Shown here one piece after another: positions 44,400 to 55,700 of a stretch of 64,000 bases of DNA (position 1 is the first letter of the stretch; each line of letters starts with the position of its first letter). Under the pieces are notes generated by a model. It ran no database searches. It was not told the origin of the DNA and saw only the letters and a list, made by a program, of their open reading frames with translations. The stretch comes from a virus (lineage: Duplodnaviria > Heunggongvirae > Uroviricota > Caudoviricetes > Demerecviridae): IMG/VR virus record IMGVR_UViG_2706796127_000001, positions 1 through 64,000 of that record, one strand, 5' to 3'. The position numbers and the translations under genes were made by a program.

Positions 44400-45165
44400 G
44401 TCTTGGGGCGAAACTACTGGCGGTTCTAACGATAAAATCGAATTCCTGAAGTTCAACAACGGTATCACTCGTGTTCGTATCGTTTCTGGTGTTCTTCCAC
44501 GTTATGTCTATTGGCTGACTAATAAAGAGGGTAGCGTAGCTCCTTTCGAATGTCTCCGTTTTAACCGTGACAAAGAGAGCTTTGTTCGTGGTAAAGCTGA
44601 TCCGGTTCATGAGATGGGCTTCTTCGAGAAAGAGCTGGATAAAGATGGTAATCGTGTTCCGCTGAAACCGAAGAAAAACTATATCGCTTTTGTTATTGAC
44701 CGTTCTGATAACAAACTGAAAGTAATGGAAGTCAAGGCTACTATCCTGAAAGGCATTCAGTCTATCATGAAGCAGTTGAGTCTGGCAACTCCGTTTGATA
44801 TTGATATTTCTATCGAGAAAAAAGGTAAAGGTTTCGATACTGAGTATGATGTACAGCAGATTGCTGCTATGCAGTTCCAGATTAAGCTGCAAGATCCTAA
44901 CAGTGCGGAATCTAAGCAATATGCTGCAGATGTAGATCTGATCGGTGAAGCTATGTGTGACGAAGATGGCGACATCATTAAGTTCGAAAAAGTTCCTTCT
45001 CTGGAACAAACCTATCCGGTTCCTACCTATGAAGAGCAGAAAGAAGCAATTCAAGCCTTCATGGAGGGTCGTGAGAATAAAGATGATGATGCCAAATCTG
45101 GTAATAGCAATGCAGGCTCCCAGAAAGGTATTGACACAGAAGCTGCAAGCGATCTGGACGACTAA
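44392..45165 (+). CDS. putative single-stranded DNA-binding protein (acidic C-terminal tail)
   Basis: A ribosome-binding site AAGAGGAAA precedes the gene. The C-terminal tail SDLDD is acidic and Asp-rich. Codon usage is E. coli-optimal. Confidence 0.45.
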   Translation: MAKSWGETTGGSNDKIEFLKFNNGITRVRIVSGVLPRYVYWLTNKEGSVAPFECLRFNRDKESFVRGKADPVHEMGFFEKELDKDGNRVPLKPKKNYIAFVIDRSDNKLKVMEVKATILKGIQSIMKQLSLATPFDIDISIEKKGKGFDTEYDVQQIAAMQFQIKLQDPNSAESKQYAADVDLIGEAMCDEDGDIIKFEKVPSLEQTYPVPTYEEQKEAIQAFMEGRENKDDDAKSGNSNAGSQKGIDTEAASDLDD

Positions 45166-45170
45166 TAAAT

Positions 45171-45196
45171 AGAGGGGCTTCGGCCCCTTTCTTTTT
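45171..45196 (+). terminator. rho-independent terminator
   Basis: The hairpin GAGGGGC-TTCG-GCCCCTT is followed by TCTTTTT. Confidence 0.6.
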
Positions 45197-45201
45197 AACC
45201 A

Positions 45202-45732
45202 ATGAGAAATAAGCTATATTCCTTATTTTTGGAAGACCCTAAAAAATTCATTTTATTAGTAAATAAATTCAGAGAAAGATTTTCCTATGATCCTGAATCC
45301 GGTCTACTCTCTAGGAAAGTAGGAACTGGCGGTCAGTTAGCAGGATCTATAGTAGGCACGGATAATGGAAAAGGGTATTTAAGAACCTCATTTAATAATG
45401 AGCAGTATCTTGTACATTTAATTATTTATGCCATGCAGACTAATGAAATGGCAGAAGTAGTAGACCACAAAGACTTAGATAAGAAGAATAATAGATGGAG
45501 TAATCTAAGACCAACTAATAAATCGGGTAATGAAAGAAACACAAGCGTAAGATCTAATAGTACCACAGGTATTAAAAATGTATATTGGATACCTGGGAGA
45601 CATAAGTATAGGGTTCAGTTTAAAATCCATGGAGAAACAAAATACTTTGGATATTATGATACTATTCAAGAAGCAGAAGTAGTAGCTGATAGGGAACGTA
45701 GGCGACTACATGGAGAATTTGCCAGATCATGA
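45202..45732 (+). CDS. HNH homing endonuclease
   Basis: The protein has VVDHKDLDKKNNRWSNL and a C-terminal AP2-like region. Confidence 0.6.
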   Translation: MRNKLYSLFLEDPKKFILLVNKFRERFSYDPESGLLSRKVGTGGQLAGSIVGTDNGKGYLRTSFNNEQYLVHLIIYAMQTNEMAEVVDHKDLDKKNNRWSNLRPTNKSGNERNTSVRSNSTTGIKNVYWIPGRHKYRVQFKIHGETKYFGYYDTIQEAEVVADRERRRLHGEFARS

Positions 45733-46706
45733 AAATACTCTTTAGTGCTGATCACCATATAAAACTTGGGCAAGATAAAATTCCCAAAGAATGGCAGAAG
45801 AAAAGATTCTTAATGCTGGGAGATCGTTTAAATGATATATTCCATAATCATAACTGTGATTTGCATATTATTGGTGGTGATTTATTTGATCATTCCGACC
45901 CGTCGTCGGAAGAAGTAGAACTTCTAGAAAAATTTATGTCTAGGCTAGATCATATAGGAATGGTATTTACAGGTAATCATGAATTAATAACTAAAACCAT
46001 TTCATGTCTATATCATTATGCAGGAGTTATTAATAAAGTAACGAGGGGTAAGTGGGAAGTAATTACCAAACCATATCGTTCCCCTGAGTTTGATATTGTT
46101 CCATACGACGAAATCCATAAATCTAAGTGGAAACCATCTGAATCAAAACTATGTTTCACGCATGTTCGTGGTGAAATCCCCCCACATGTAAAACCAGAAA
46201 TTGATCTAGCTAAGTACAACTGTTATGATACTGTAATTGCTGGCGATTTACATTCTTATACTAATAGCCAGACTATCGGATCTACTAGACTTCTCTACCC
46301 CGGGTCTCCATTAACTACATCGTTCCATAGAGAACGCACAAAAGGTACAAATGGTTGCTTTATCATTGATACCGACACATTAAAAGTAGAATGGATTGAA
46401 CTAGGGGATTTACCACAACTGATTCGTAAAACAATCGGAGCTGGTGAAGAGATGGAACCTAGTGATTATGATCGTGTAGTATATGAAGTTACTGGTGACG
46501 TTGTTCAATTAAAGTCTATTAAAGACTCTGATTTATTAGATAAGAAGATTAACCATCGAGTTACTAAAGATGCTAAGTTAAATCTTGTTGATCTTGATAT
46601 GTTAGGTGAACTTGAACTTTACTTCCGTGAAGTCGAGAAGCTATCTCAAGGCGACATTGATAGAATCTTGGCTAGAGCTGCGAAATATGTCAAAGATTAC
46701 AATTAA
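45729..46706 (+). CDS. SbcD/Mre11-like nuclease
   Basis: The phosphoesterase motifs are SADHH, GGDLFDH and GNHE. Confidence 0.8.
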   Translation: MKILFSADHHIKLGQDKIPKEWQKKRFLMLGDRLNDIFHNHNCDLHIIGGDLFDHSDPSSEEVELLEKFMSRLDHIGMVFTGNHELITKTISCLYHYAGVINKVTRGKWEVITKPYRSPEFDIVPYDEIHKSKWKPSESKLCFTHVRGEIPPHVKPEIDLAKYNCYDTVIAGDLHSYTNSQTIGSTRLLYPGSPLTTSFHRERTKGTNGCFIIDTDTLKVEWIELGDLPQLIRKTIGAGEEMEPSDYDRVVYEVTGDVVQLKSIKDSDLLDKKINHRVTKDAKLNLVDLDMLGELELYFREVEKLSQGDIDRILARAAKYVKDYN

Positions 46707-48525
46707 GACACTAAAATTTAGTAACGTTATGTCTTACGGTAAGGACATCGTAATTCATTTCGATAAGAACCCAGTTACTCAATTAATTGGTGGCAATGGA
46801 CTAGGGAAATCCACCATCGCCACGGTTATCGAGGAATTGTTTTATAATAAGAACTCACGCGGTATTAAGAAGGATGCTCTGTTCTCCTGGTCTTCTCCTA
46901 AAAAAGAGTATGATATGCACGCTTACTTCTCGAAAGATGAAGATGAGTACGAATTGCATAAAGTAGTTAAATCAACTGCTAAAGTAACTCTTATTAAGAA
47001 TGGAGAAGATATTAGTGGGCATACGGCAACCCAAACATACAAGATGATTGAAGAGATTATGGGCGGTGACTTCCAAACATTCACTAAACTAATCTATCAA
47101 TCAGTGGGTTCAAATCTAGACTTTCTAAAAGCAACAGATGCGACACGTAAGGCTTTTCTTGTTAACTTGTTCAATCAAGAACAGTATAAAGAAATGTCGG
47201 AAACTATTAAGGCTGACCGTAAAGAAATAGCAAATACCTTAAATAATTTGCAGGGCCAAATGGCTGTAATTACGAAAATCCTTAATGGAAAGAATAATCT
47301 GGGGACTTTGCAGGAACCAGTCGAAGTGCCTGAGTTTGACGAAGAACCCTTAGCACAAGAACTTACTGAATCGAAAATTAAGGCGGCATTAGCCAAGTCT
47401 CAAGAGGCTAATATTACTAAATTGCGTAATTTGGACAAAGCTGTACAAGTTGCCGAACAATCTTTCGAGCCTTTCAAAAATTTACCTGCGCCCACCGACC
47501 AAAATGAAGAGATCTCGAGTGTTACGCGTGACCTAACAATTGTGACCTCACGTGCGGGCGAAGTCAAGAAACGTTATCAGAAGTTCAAGCAAGAGGCTTC
47601 AAATACTGAATGTCCTACTTGTGGTACTCATCTGGATACAACTGCTGCTCAAAAAGCAATGGATATGGCTAGAACAGAATATGATCCTCTGTTCAAAGAG
47701 AAGCAATCTCTTGAAACCAAGCTAGAACAGCTGAAGAAAGAACAACTTGAGTACACTACGTATATCAGAGCAAAGGATGCTTTGGATAAAGCAGTAGCAG
47801 CTAGAGACGAGTTCAAAAATTCAATGAGTGATGCCTCTTTTGAAGAACTCAATGTGCAAAACCTACAGGTGCAAATCCGACAACTAGAACAGGAAATCGC
47901 TGACGGACGTTCTAAGGTTGCAATTGCCAAAGAGCATAATGCAAATGTTGAATTAGCCAATGCAAAATATAGAGCGAAACTAGAACAGATTGAGAAAGCT
48001 GAGGCAGAAATGTCTGAGATTACTTCCAAACTAGATGGAGTATCAGAAGCTGTTGCTGATCTCGATATTCTGATCGCCGCATTGAAAAATCTGGTAGGGT
48101 ATAAACTAGAGCATAGTGTGAAAGTATTTGAAGAGCTTATCAATAAATACCTTTCTATTATGACTGGCGGTAAGTTCGCACTTGGATTTGAGCTTGATGA
48201 AACGAAATTACAAGTAGTAATCTTCAATGATGGAAACCGTACCAGTATGGAGAACTGCTCTACTGGTCAGCAAAGTAGAATCAACCTAGCAACTCTGTTA
48301 GCTATTCGAATGCTACTAACATCTATTAGTAAAGTTAATATTAATCTTCTATTCCTTGATGAAGTAATTAGCTTTATTGATACTAAAGGACTTGACACCC
48401 TTGTTGAATTATTAAATGAGGAAGAAAGTCTAAATTCTATCATTGTTTCTCATGGGCATACGCATCCATTGGCCCATAAGATTACTGTCAAAAAAGATGC
48501 AGAAGGATTTTCCTACTTAGAATAA
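46687..48525 (+). CDS. SbcC/Rad50-like ATPase
   Basis: Walker A is GGNGLGKST. A long coiled coil carries the zinc hook CPTCG. The signature is STGQQSR and Walker B is LLFLDEV. Confidence 0.75.
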   Translation: MSKITIKTLKFSNVMSYGKDIVIHFDKNPVTQLIGGNGLGKSTIATVIEELFYNKNSRGIKKDALFSWSSPKKEYDMHAYFSKDEDEYELHKVVKSTAKVTLIKNGEDISGHTATQTYKMIEEIMGGDFQTFTKLIYQSVGSNLDFLKATDATRKAFLVNLFNQEQYKEMSETIKADRKEIANTLNNLQGQMAVITKILNGKNNLGTLQEPVEVPEFDEEPLAQELTESKIKAALAKSQEANITKLRNLDKAVQVAEQSFEPFKNLPAPTDQNEEISSVTRDLTIVTSRAGEVKKRYQKFKQEASNTECPTCGTHLDTTAAQKAMDMARTEYDPLFKEKQSLETKLEQLKKEQLEYTTYIRAKDALDKAVAARDEFKNSMSDASFEELNVQNLQVQIRQLEQEIADGRSKVAIAKEHNANVELANAKYRAKLEQIEKAEAEMSEITSKLDGVSEAVADLDILIAALKNLVGYKLEHSVKVFEELINKYLSIMTGGKFALGFELDETKLQVVIFNDGNRTSMENCSTGQQSRINLATLLAIRMLLTSISKVNINLLFLDEVISFIDTKGLDTLVELLNEEESLNSIIVSHGHTHPLAHKITVKKDAEGFSYLE

Positions 48526-48528
48526 AAC

Positions 48529-49011
48529 ATGGCTGTAGATAGTAGAGAGAAGGGTAAACGTGGTGAATATCAGGTAAGAGATATTTTACGTGAACGTACA
48601 GGTCTTGAGTGGGAACGTGTTCCTGGTTCTGGTGCTTTTGGCCAGAGCCACGGATTGAAGGGTGACATCTACCTTCCACCACAAAGCGGACACATTAGTA
48701 AATACTGCTTCGAAGTTAAGTGGTATAAAGATGATAATATATCAAGTAATTTATTTAATGTTGGTGAATCCACTCTAGAGAAGTGGTGGCAGCAGTGCTC
48801 ACGTGAAGGTGAGCAGATGAACTCCAAACCTGCATTAATATTCAAGAAAGACAGAGGACAGTGGTTAATAGCTTTGGATAGCTCAGACCCGATGGTTGAC
48901 AACTTAATGAGTCGTACCCATATGGTGTTAAATAAGAAAGACATGGAAATCGTAATTGGTTTATTTGAGCCGTGGCTACATCATGCATCTGTTGAGGACT
49001 TAATTAAATAA
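48529..49011 (+). CDS. hypothetical protein (160 aa; D14-position)
   Basis: It lies between SbcC and the flap endonuclease. Confidence 0.45.
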   Translation: MAVDSREKGKRGEYQVRDILRERTGLEWERVPGSGAFGQSHGLKGDIYLPPQSGHISKYCFEVKWYKDDNISSNLFNVGESTLEKWWQQCSREGEQMNSKPALIFKKDRGQWLIALDSSDPMVDNLMSRTHMVLNKKDMEIVIGLFEPWLHHASVEDLIK

Positions 49012-49886
49012 TGAGTAAATCCTGGGGAAAATTTATTGAAGAAGAGGAAGCTGAAATGGCTTCCCGTCGTAACCTAATGATTGTTGATGGAACTAACTTA
49101 GGCTTTCGCTTCAAGCATAATAACAGTAAAAAACCATTTGCCTCAAGTTATGTTTCCACTATTCAGTCTCTAGCAAAATCTTATTCCGCTAGAACTACAA
49201 TAGTTTTAGGAGATAAAGGGAAGTCTGCATTCCGCTTAGAGCATCTCCCTGAATATAAAGGGAATCGAGATGAGAAATACTCGCAGCGTACGGAAGAGGA
49301 GAAAGCGTTAGATGAGCAGTTCTTCGAGTATTTGAAAGATGCTTTCGAACTATGTGAAACTACATTCCCAACATTCACTATTCGTGGTGTAGAAGCAGAT
49401 GATATGGCGGCTTATATCGTTAAACTCATTGGACATCTGTATGATCACGTTTGGTTGATTTCTACTGATGGTGACTGGGATACTTTATTAACTGATAAAG
49501 TTTCTCGCTTCTCTTTTACAACACGTCGCGAATACCATCTTCGTGATATGTATGAGCATCATAATGTTGACGATGTAGAGCAGTTTATCTCTCTGAAAGC
49601 AATTATGGGTGATTTAGGGGATAATATCCGTGGTGTTGAAGGTATTGGGGCAAAACGCGGGTATAATATTATTCGTGAATTTGGTAACGTTCTGGATATT
49701 ATTGATCAGCTTCCACTACCTGGAAAACAGAAATATATACAGAATTTAAATGCTTCGGAAGAATTGCTTTACCGAAACTTAATTCTGGTTGATTTACCTA
49801 CCTACTGTGTAGATGCTATTGCTGCTGTAGGTCAAGATGTATTAGATAAGTTTACAAAAGATATTTTGGAGATTGCAGAACAATGA
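49011..49886 (+). CDS. flap endonuclease / 5'-3' exonuclease (D15-like, 291 aa)
   Basis: The protein is a PIN-like domain with metal-binding Asp residues. A helix-3-turn-helix motif reads GVEGIGAKRG. Confidence 0.85.
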   Translation: MSKSWGKFIEEEEAEMASRRNLMIVDGTNLGFRFKHNNSKKPFASSYVSTIQSLAKSYSARTTIVLGDKGKSAFRLEHLPEYKGNRDEKYSQRTEEEKALDEQFFEYLKDAFELCETTFPTFTIRGVEADDMAAYIVKLIGHLYDHVWLISTDGDWDTLLTDKVSRFSFTTRREYHLRDMYEHHNVDDVEQFISLKAIMGDLGDNIRGVEGIGAKRGYNIIREFGNVLDIIDQLPLPGKQKYIQNLNASEELLYRNLILVDLPTYCVDAIAAVGQDVLDKFTKDILEIAEQ

Positions 49887-50329
49887 TTAAAATTAAATTA
49901 ACTCATCCAGATTGTATGCCTAAGATTGGTTCCGAAGATGCCGCAGGTATGGATTTACGAGCGTTCTTTGGTACTAACCCTGCCGCAGATTTACGTGCTA
50001 TTGCACCAGGCAAATCCTTAATGATTGACACCGGTGTCGCGGTGGAAATTCCGCGAGGTTGGTTCGGTTTGGTAGTTCCTCGCAGTTCTTTAGGTAAACG
50101 TCATTTGATGATTGCAAATACCGCAGGAGTGATCGATTCAGACTATCGTGGAACTATTAAGATGAACCTGTTTAACTATGGTTCTGAAATTCAAACTTTG
50201 GAAAATTTTGAAAGACTTTGTCAGCTAGTAGTAGTACCACACTACTCAACTCATAATTTTGAAATCGTTGACGAACTAGAGGAGACTGTACGTGGAGAAG
50301 GTGGATTTGGAAGTTCAGGAAGTAAATAA
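49883..50329 (+). CDS. dut: dUTPase
   Basis: The motifs are AGMDLRA, RSSLG and GVIDSDYRG. Confidence 0.8.
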   Translation: MIKIKLTHPDCMPKIGSEDAAGMDLRAFFGTNPAADLRAIAPGKSLMIDTGVAVEIPRGWFGLVVPRSSLGKRHLMIANTAGVIDSDYRGTIKMNLFNYGSEIQTLENFERLCQLVVVPHYSTHNFEIVDELEETVRGEGGFGSSGSK

Positions 50330-50558
50330 TTTTGTTGATCCTAATATGGTAGGATCATTTGAACATCCCGCTACATATCATCATGTTATGGTAGCAGAAC
50401 CAGACATGAATAACGTAGTTCTCAAAGTAGATCGTGAAGGCAATGTAATCCATTGGGATGAGGAGGCTTTTATCGAACTATGTAGTAATTCAGAAGATCC
50501 TACTCTTCGAGCTATGTTAGCAGTGTTTAATTTAGGTATTATTGCTGGTAGCAGGTAA
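50292..50558 (+). CDS. hypothetical protein (88 aa, GTG start)
   Basis: A ribosome-binding site GAGGAG sits 7 nt before the GTG. Confidence 0.3.
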   Translation: MEKVDLEVQEVNNFVDPNMVGSFEHPATYHHVMVAEPDMNNVVLKVDREGNVIHWDEEAFIELCSNSEDPTLRAMLAVFNLGIIAGSR

Positions 50559-50563
50559 TAATA

Positions 50564-50599
50564 AACCCCAGTGGGCAATCCACTGGGGTTTTCTTTTAT
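50564..50599. terminator. bidirectional rho-independent terminator at the replication/tail module boundary
   Basis: The hairpin CCCCAGTGG-GCAAT-CCACTGGGG is flanked by T-runs on both strands. Confidence 0.65.
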
Positions 50600-52683
50600 T
50601 TATCAAGTAACTGTTTTACCAGTTTCTTAAGCTCATCAATCTCTTGTTGCTGCTTTTCAACAACTTCGTTAAGTTCATTAAAAGCATTAACTAGAAGAGC
50701 ATTGACACCTGCATGGGAGACACCAAGCATACTGTCTTCTTTTTGTGGCTCAATCTTGTACACTGCTTCTGGGAGAACAGATTGCACATCTTGAGCGATA
50801 ACACCAGCCTCAGTACTGTACACGGTATCTCTTTCTTCTGCTAGAGTATTTCTCTTGTAGTATGTATAGCCTACTAGAGACTTAACCTTATCACGAGCAT
50901 TCTCAATTTCCTTAAGATTGGCTTTCATGCGAATATCAGAACTGCTTACCCAGTTACCACCAACAGCATTACCAGCGCTATCAAAACGAAACTCAGCCCC
51001 CCTGCAATACATGTTTAACTGTGCACCGCCGGCACTCCAGCCTACTACATCCATACCGGCTAACCAGTCTACACCCCACATTACGCTTTTAAATACAGAA
51101 GATGCAGAATCCAATCCAGTATGTTCTACTAGTACTCCTGTAGGTCTTGATCTCCAATCAGTAAATGAACCACCAGTAATAGCACCACTTATTAGTGACC
51201 CAGATTCCCCACTTGCAGCCCCCTGTACTCTAATGGCACCTCGGTTAGAGATTGCATTAACTAATTGCCCCAAAGCCCCATGAGCTTGTTGCCATACACC
51301 CCAAGTACCATTCTCCATAATACGTACGCTTACTGAACCTTTCCAAGTTCCTGTAAACGTGGTGGCTCTTTGCATTCTATAGCTAGGATCTGGGTGTACT
51401 AGAGTCTCTAGGAAAAACCAAGCGTCTTCCAACCCGTTTATTTGTTGGTATGGTCGGGTACCAACAATATTTCCTCCAGTAGGTGGAACAGTAAACTTAC
51501 TATTTACAGCAAGAGTGTCAAAATTAAACCCATTAGGGTATTTACCATCCATAGAGGATAAGAGGTTCCACTCTGTTAACTCTAGATTTTTTCTAGCTTG
51601 GTCGGCAGAATTAGCTCCTGTACCCCCGGCTGTAATAGCCAAAGGAACCCAAGTACCGGTATCATCTCTCCATGTACCCCATTCCCCATTAGGCCTAGCA
51701 GTGATTCTAAATCCACTTCCGGGAGCGTATACCATAGTCTCAGTAGCACTTTGTTTGAATCTGTCAATATCCAGGTTAGTTCTTGCACCATCTTTAGAAG
51801 TAGCACCAGTACCCCCATTTGAAAACTGTATGATAGACTGGGTATTAAATTGCTCTTTCCATCCTCTCCAGTTGTCTGTACCATCTAGAATATTGATCCA
51901 AGTACTTCCAAGTGCTCCTGTAGCTTTTAGTGTACCATACTGAGCAGCTCCGTTAATATCCACACCATGACAGTGGAAGTTATAGGCCCACCAACCTTCT
52001 TGCTTAGGAGGCCCATTAACTATTAATTCACCAGATGAATAGTATCCACTTTGACCTGCAACCGCAATATAGTTTAGAACATCTTCCCCATCAGCAATTT
52101 TTTCAGCCGAGGCGCCAACCGGAACATTAAGATTTTTTCTTGCTGCTTTTGGAGTAGTTCCTCCAGTACCACCAAATGCAACTTTTAATGCTTGTACTGC
52201 TGCGGTAGAATTATCAAGTAGACCAAAATCTCCACTATCATATATAAATAAAGAATATTTCTCATTAGGAGATACAATAAAAGTTCCATTACTCTGTTGG
52301 CGAAGGCGCTCAACTTGTAAGGCCTTCTTAGCACCCTCTAACGTAGTAGCACCAGTACCACCCTGAGCAATAGTAATAGCTTTAGTCAGTGCATTTAATT
52401 CTGTAATATCGTTATTAGCACCTTTAGCAGCTTTAGTACCTAAAGTAGTATTAATACCACCTAATGCAGTATTAATATTACCAATTGATTCATTAATACT
52501 ATTAATAGATGCATCAGTAGCAGCTTTATCAGTAGTATATTTTGTAATTTGTAGATATTTGGAAGTTAGTACAACAGCACCAGCCTCTCCATCGACAGAG
52601 AAAACACCAGCAACTGCAGCGTCTCTGTTAACTACTACGTAAGGCGCCATTGCGCCAGATTTAGGCATTAAATTACGTGACAT
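50596..52683 (-). CDS. tail fibre protein (LtfB-like) with C-terminal S74 intramolecular-chaperone/autoproteolysis domain
   Basis: The protein is Gly/Thr/Asn-rich and beta-structured. The C-terminal block reads SDIRMKANLKEIENARDKV...GVIAQDVQSVLPEA. Confidence 0.7.
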   Translation of the reverse strand: MSRNLMPKSGAMAPYVVVNRDAAVAGVFSVDGEAGAVVLTSKYLQITKYTTDKAATDASINSINESIGNINTALGGINTTLGTKAAKGANNDITELNALTKAITIAQGGTGATTLEGAKKALQVERLRQQSNGTFIVSPNEKYSLFIYDSGDFGLLDNSTAAVQALKVAFGGTGGTTPKAARKNLNVPVGASAEKIADGEDVLNYIAVAGQSGYYSSGELIVNGPPKQEGWWAYNFHCHGVDINGAAQYGTLKATGALGSTWINILDGTDNWRGWKEQFNTQSIIQFSNGGTGATSKDGARTNLDIDRFKQSATETMVYAPGSGFRITARPNGEWGTWRDDTGTWVPLAITAGGTGANSADQARKNLELTEWNLLSSMDGKYPNGFNFDTLAVNSKFTVPPTGGNIVGTRPYQQINGLEDAWFFLETLVHPDPSYRMQRATTFTGTWKGSVSVRIMENGTWGVWQQAHGALGQLVNAISNRGAIRVQGAASGESGSLISGAITGGSFTDWRSRPTGVLVEHTGLDSASSVFKSVMWGVDWLAGMDVVGWSAGGAQLNMYCRGAEFRFDSAGNAVGGNWVSSSDIRMKANLKEIENARDKVKSLVGYTYYKRNTLAEERDTVYSTEAGVIAQDVQSVLPEAVYKIEPQKEDSMLGVSHAGVNALLVNAFNELNEVVEKQQQEIDELKKLVKQLLDK

Positions 52684-52725
52684 AGTATTTCCTTAGTAAA
52701 TAGGGGAGGTTACTCCCCTATACTC

Positions 52726-55700
52726 TTACTTATTTACCAGAGTGGCTACTAGAGCTTTTAACTCTGCCAGTTCTGCCTTAACGGACTTCAGTTCTTCCTG
52801 GGACTCTTCGAACTTTAGAGACAAGTAACGAACTGCTAATGCCGTATCAATAGCGATCGGATTAATATCCAGAGCTAAAGTATCATCCTCATAGTCAATG
52901 ATCTTACTTTCTACATTCTCAGTTTTTTCGTCACAGCAATGATGTTCTGGAGTTTCTATGATAGGAGAACCAGGAACCAGTTTTACGTACTCAGGGTCAA
53001 TTTTATAAAGATCTTGAGCAATAACACCACGACGTACACGATTATACTTATCTAGTTTATAGATAAATGTGGTAGGTTTAAATTGCTTTATATTCTCATA
53101 GGAGGCTAACCCATCATCATAATTAATATCTCTTTTGATATCTCTATCTGAAGAAGGGTTCATAGCAAAGTCATAGTTACCTCCCCAAGGATCATTACCC
53201 CAAGTATACACGCTACCGTTTGTTCTAAAGTTGAATGAACGGTGGAACTGGCCATCCCCATTTAACTTAAGAGCAGCGTCAGGCCATGCAGCGTTACCAT
53301 TAGAGATACAGCCAAGGCCTATTCTTAAATGATATCCACCAGCGGATAAAGAACCTCCCGATACTATAGGAGACCAACCACCATCATTATTTGCTACAGA
53401 CTCTGCATGAAATGGGGCGCCCATGTAATCCCACTCTAAGCCCCAATATCCTTGAGTACACTGACCACGAAAACCTTTTGGAGCAGTTATATGGCCACCA
53501 TAGGAGTTGTAGAAATTGAATTCCTTCCAATCAGTACCAGAGTTGTTAACTCCAATACGGAGGCAGTCTAAGTCCGGTCCACTACCACGGACACCACCTA
53601 CTTGCCAGTAACCGTTATACCAGTTACCCTGTAGTAAGTTAACCCAAGAACCAGCACCAGGGTCATTATTAGGAGTAGGTACAGCCATACTAATTTCCCT
53701 GTTGCCCCCACCTGTTTGCTGTATATAGATTTTTTCCCCGCCTTTGATCCATCCCTGGGCTGTAACATAACCACTTGCAAGGTAGTTAACTGCATGTACA
53801 TTCTGTAGCCCAGTTAAATCACCATTTTCTACAAACTGTATATAACGGTTTGCACCATTTAAAGTATTGTTAATATGAAGGGTAATTTTAGCCAAATCTG
53901 ATTGCATCTCATGATAGATTCTACCCTGAGTAATAACATTTTTATCAGATTCCTTTAGCCTGTTTAGATTAAGGATACCACTATAGGGTATGCTTTCGGG
54001 ATTAGATAGATCTACCCCAGTAAATCTAGGAGTATTATGATACCCCAATTCAAAGTTATCACGTGCAGCAACTTTATCAGTAGCTCCCGTACCTCCAGAG
54101 CCTATAGGCAACGCAGCTACCGTTTCTTCACCCTTCTTCCAGACACCCCATATTCCACCATTAGTTAGTCTAAACTCATGAACACCAGCAGGGCTCTGGA
54201 GGGAATTGAAAGCATCATCAGCGGGACTATCAGTACAGAAAACTCCACCAACTTCTAAAGCTTTCTTAGCAGCACTAACTGTGGTAGCTCCAGTACCACC
54301 TTTACCAACACTAAGAACTCCATTAGTATCACCATTTAGATCTGGCTTATTAACAGTACCATAAAGAATATTAGTATGAACAACAGGGTTTTCACTATCT
54401 AAACCAGCATCATTGATTGCAGCTACAAATACTACGGCACTGCCATACCCAGAACAGATAAATGAGTTAGTATCTGCTGTTCTAGAGTAGAAACCTGCAG
54501 AATACGCGGGCAAGCCATCAACTGCAATATCATTGCGATAATACCCAGAACCAAAGGCTCTCATAGCTTTAAAGAAGGATACTAGATCTGGCTCATTTAA
54601 TGTAATACCAGTACCACCTAAGCCAAAAGCACCGCGAAGTAGAACTTCTCCATCAGTACCATTCCAAACATTCTTAGTAACAACGTTACCTAGTGCTAGG
54701 TTCCCGTTCTCATCTGGTATAATAGCTCCATTAACCATCGCCACGTAAGGGAGCTTAATAGCTCCAGTATCGTCAGCAGGACCAATTCCATTCACAGTAG
54801 TGATATAAGGGATTTGTTCCTTGATAGCACCACCATTTTCTTCTCCCTTAATAGGTGCACGGAAAGCCTGCCCTTGCATCATATCTGGTAAACGGAAGGT
54901 TGTAGAACCATCACCAGTAGAGAAGTATAGGATTGCACCGGCTTGCCATTCAGCTTCTGAAACAGAAGGAATTAGACCAGCTTCAATAGCTTCCCAAGTA
55001 TCTGGATAGTCTACACGAAGAACTTCACGACCATCAGCAGGAAGAACACCTGGGTAGCCAACACCTGAATCTTTATCATAAGGGAACCAAGTAACTTCAC
55101 CTAGCCATAAAGAGGGGTTACCACCAGGAAGAGTAATCTGTACGTTACCCGCGTCATCTGCACGAACGTTATTAATAGAAACTAGCTTTTGCTCTATTTC
55201 TGCTAATTCTAGAACAGGAGCTTCGGCAGTACCAGTGACCTTATACCACCCATATTTTGAATCAGTTTGATTCCATACTAGGATCTTCTCCCCTAGTACA
55301 CGACTTCCAACATCAGCATCGGCTTCTGCTTTGGTCTTATAAACTTTGATGAAACCAGAAATATCTACCTTATCAAGTTTACTATCAACGATCTGAGTTG
55401 CACGATCTGCTTCAGCTTTAGCACGATCTGCTTCAGTAGTAGCATCAATAGCTTTGTCCCCAGCTTCTGTAGCAGAGCTAGCAGCATTAGTCTCAGAAGT
55501 TTTAGCATTTAATTCTGATTGTTTCGCAGCAGCAGCGTGTTCTCCAGCAGTTGTAGCAGCAGCATCTGCTCCAGCTTTTGCTGTTTCAGCACCAGTCTTA
55601 GCAGTTTCAGCCGCTGTTTGAGCAGCTTGCGCAGCAGACTTAGCTTGTTCAGCAAGTCTACGACTGTTCTCAGCATTCTGAGCAGCTAGTTCAGTAGAAT

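Noticed and set aside
47649-48227. 192-aa minus-strand ORF inside sbcC
   Set aside because: It is Ser-rich and low-complexity, antisense to a conserved ATPase gene, and has no ribosome-binding site or promoter. It is a mirror-frame artefact of the coiled-coil coding region.
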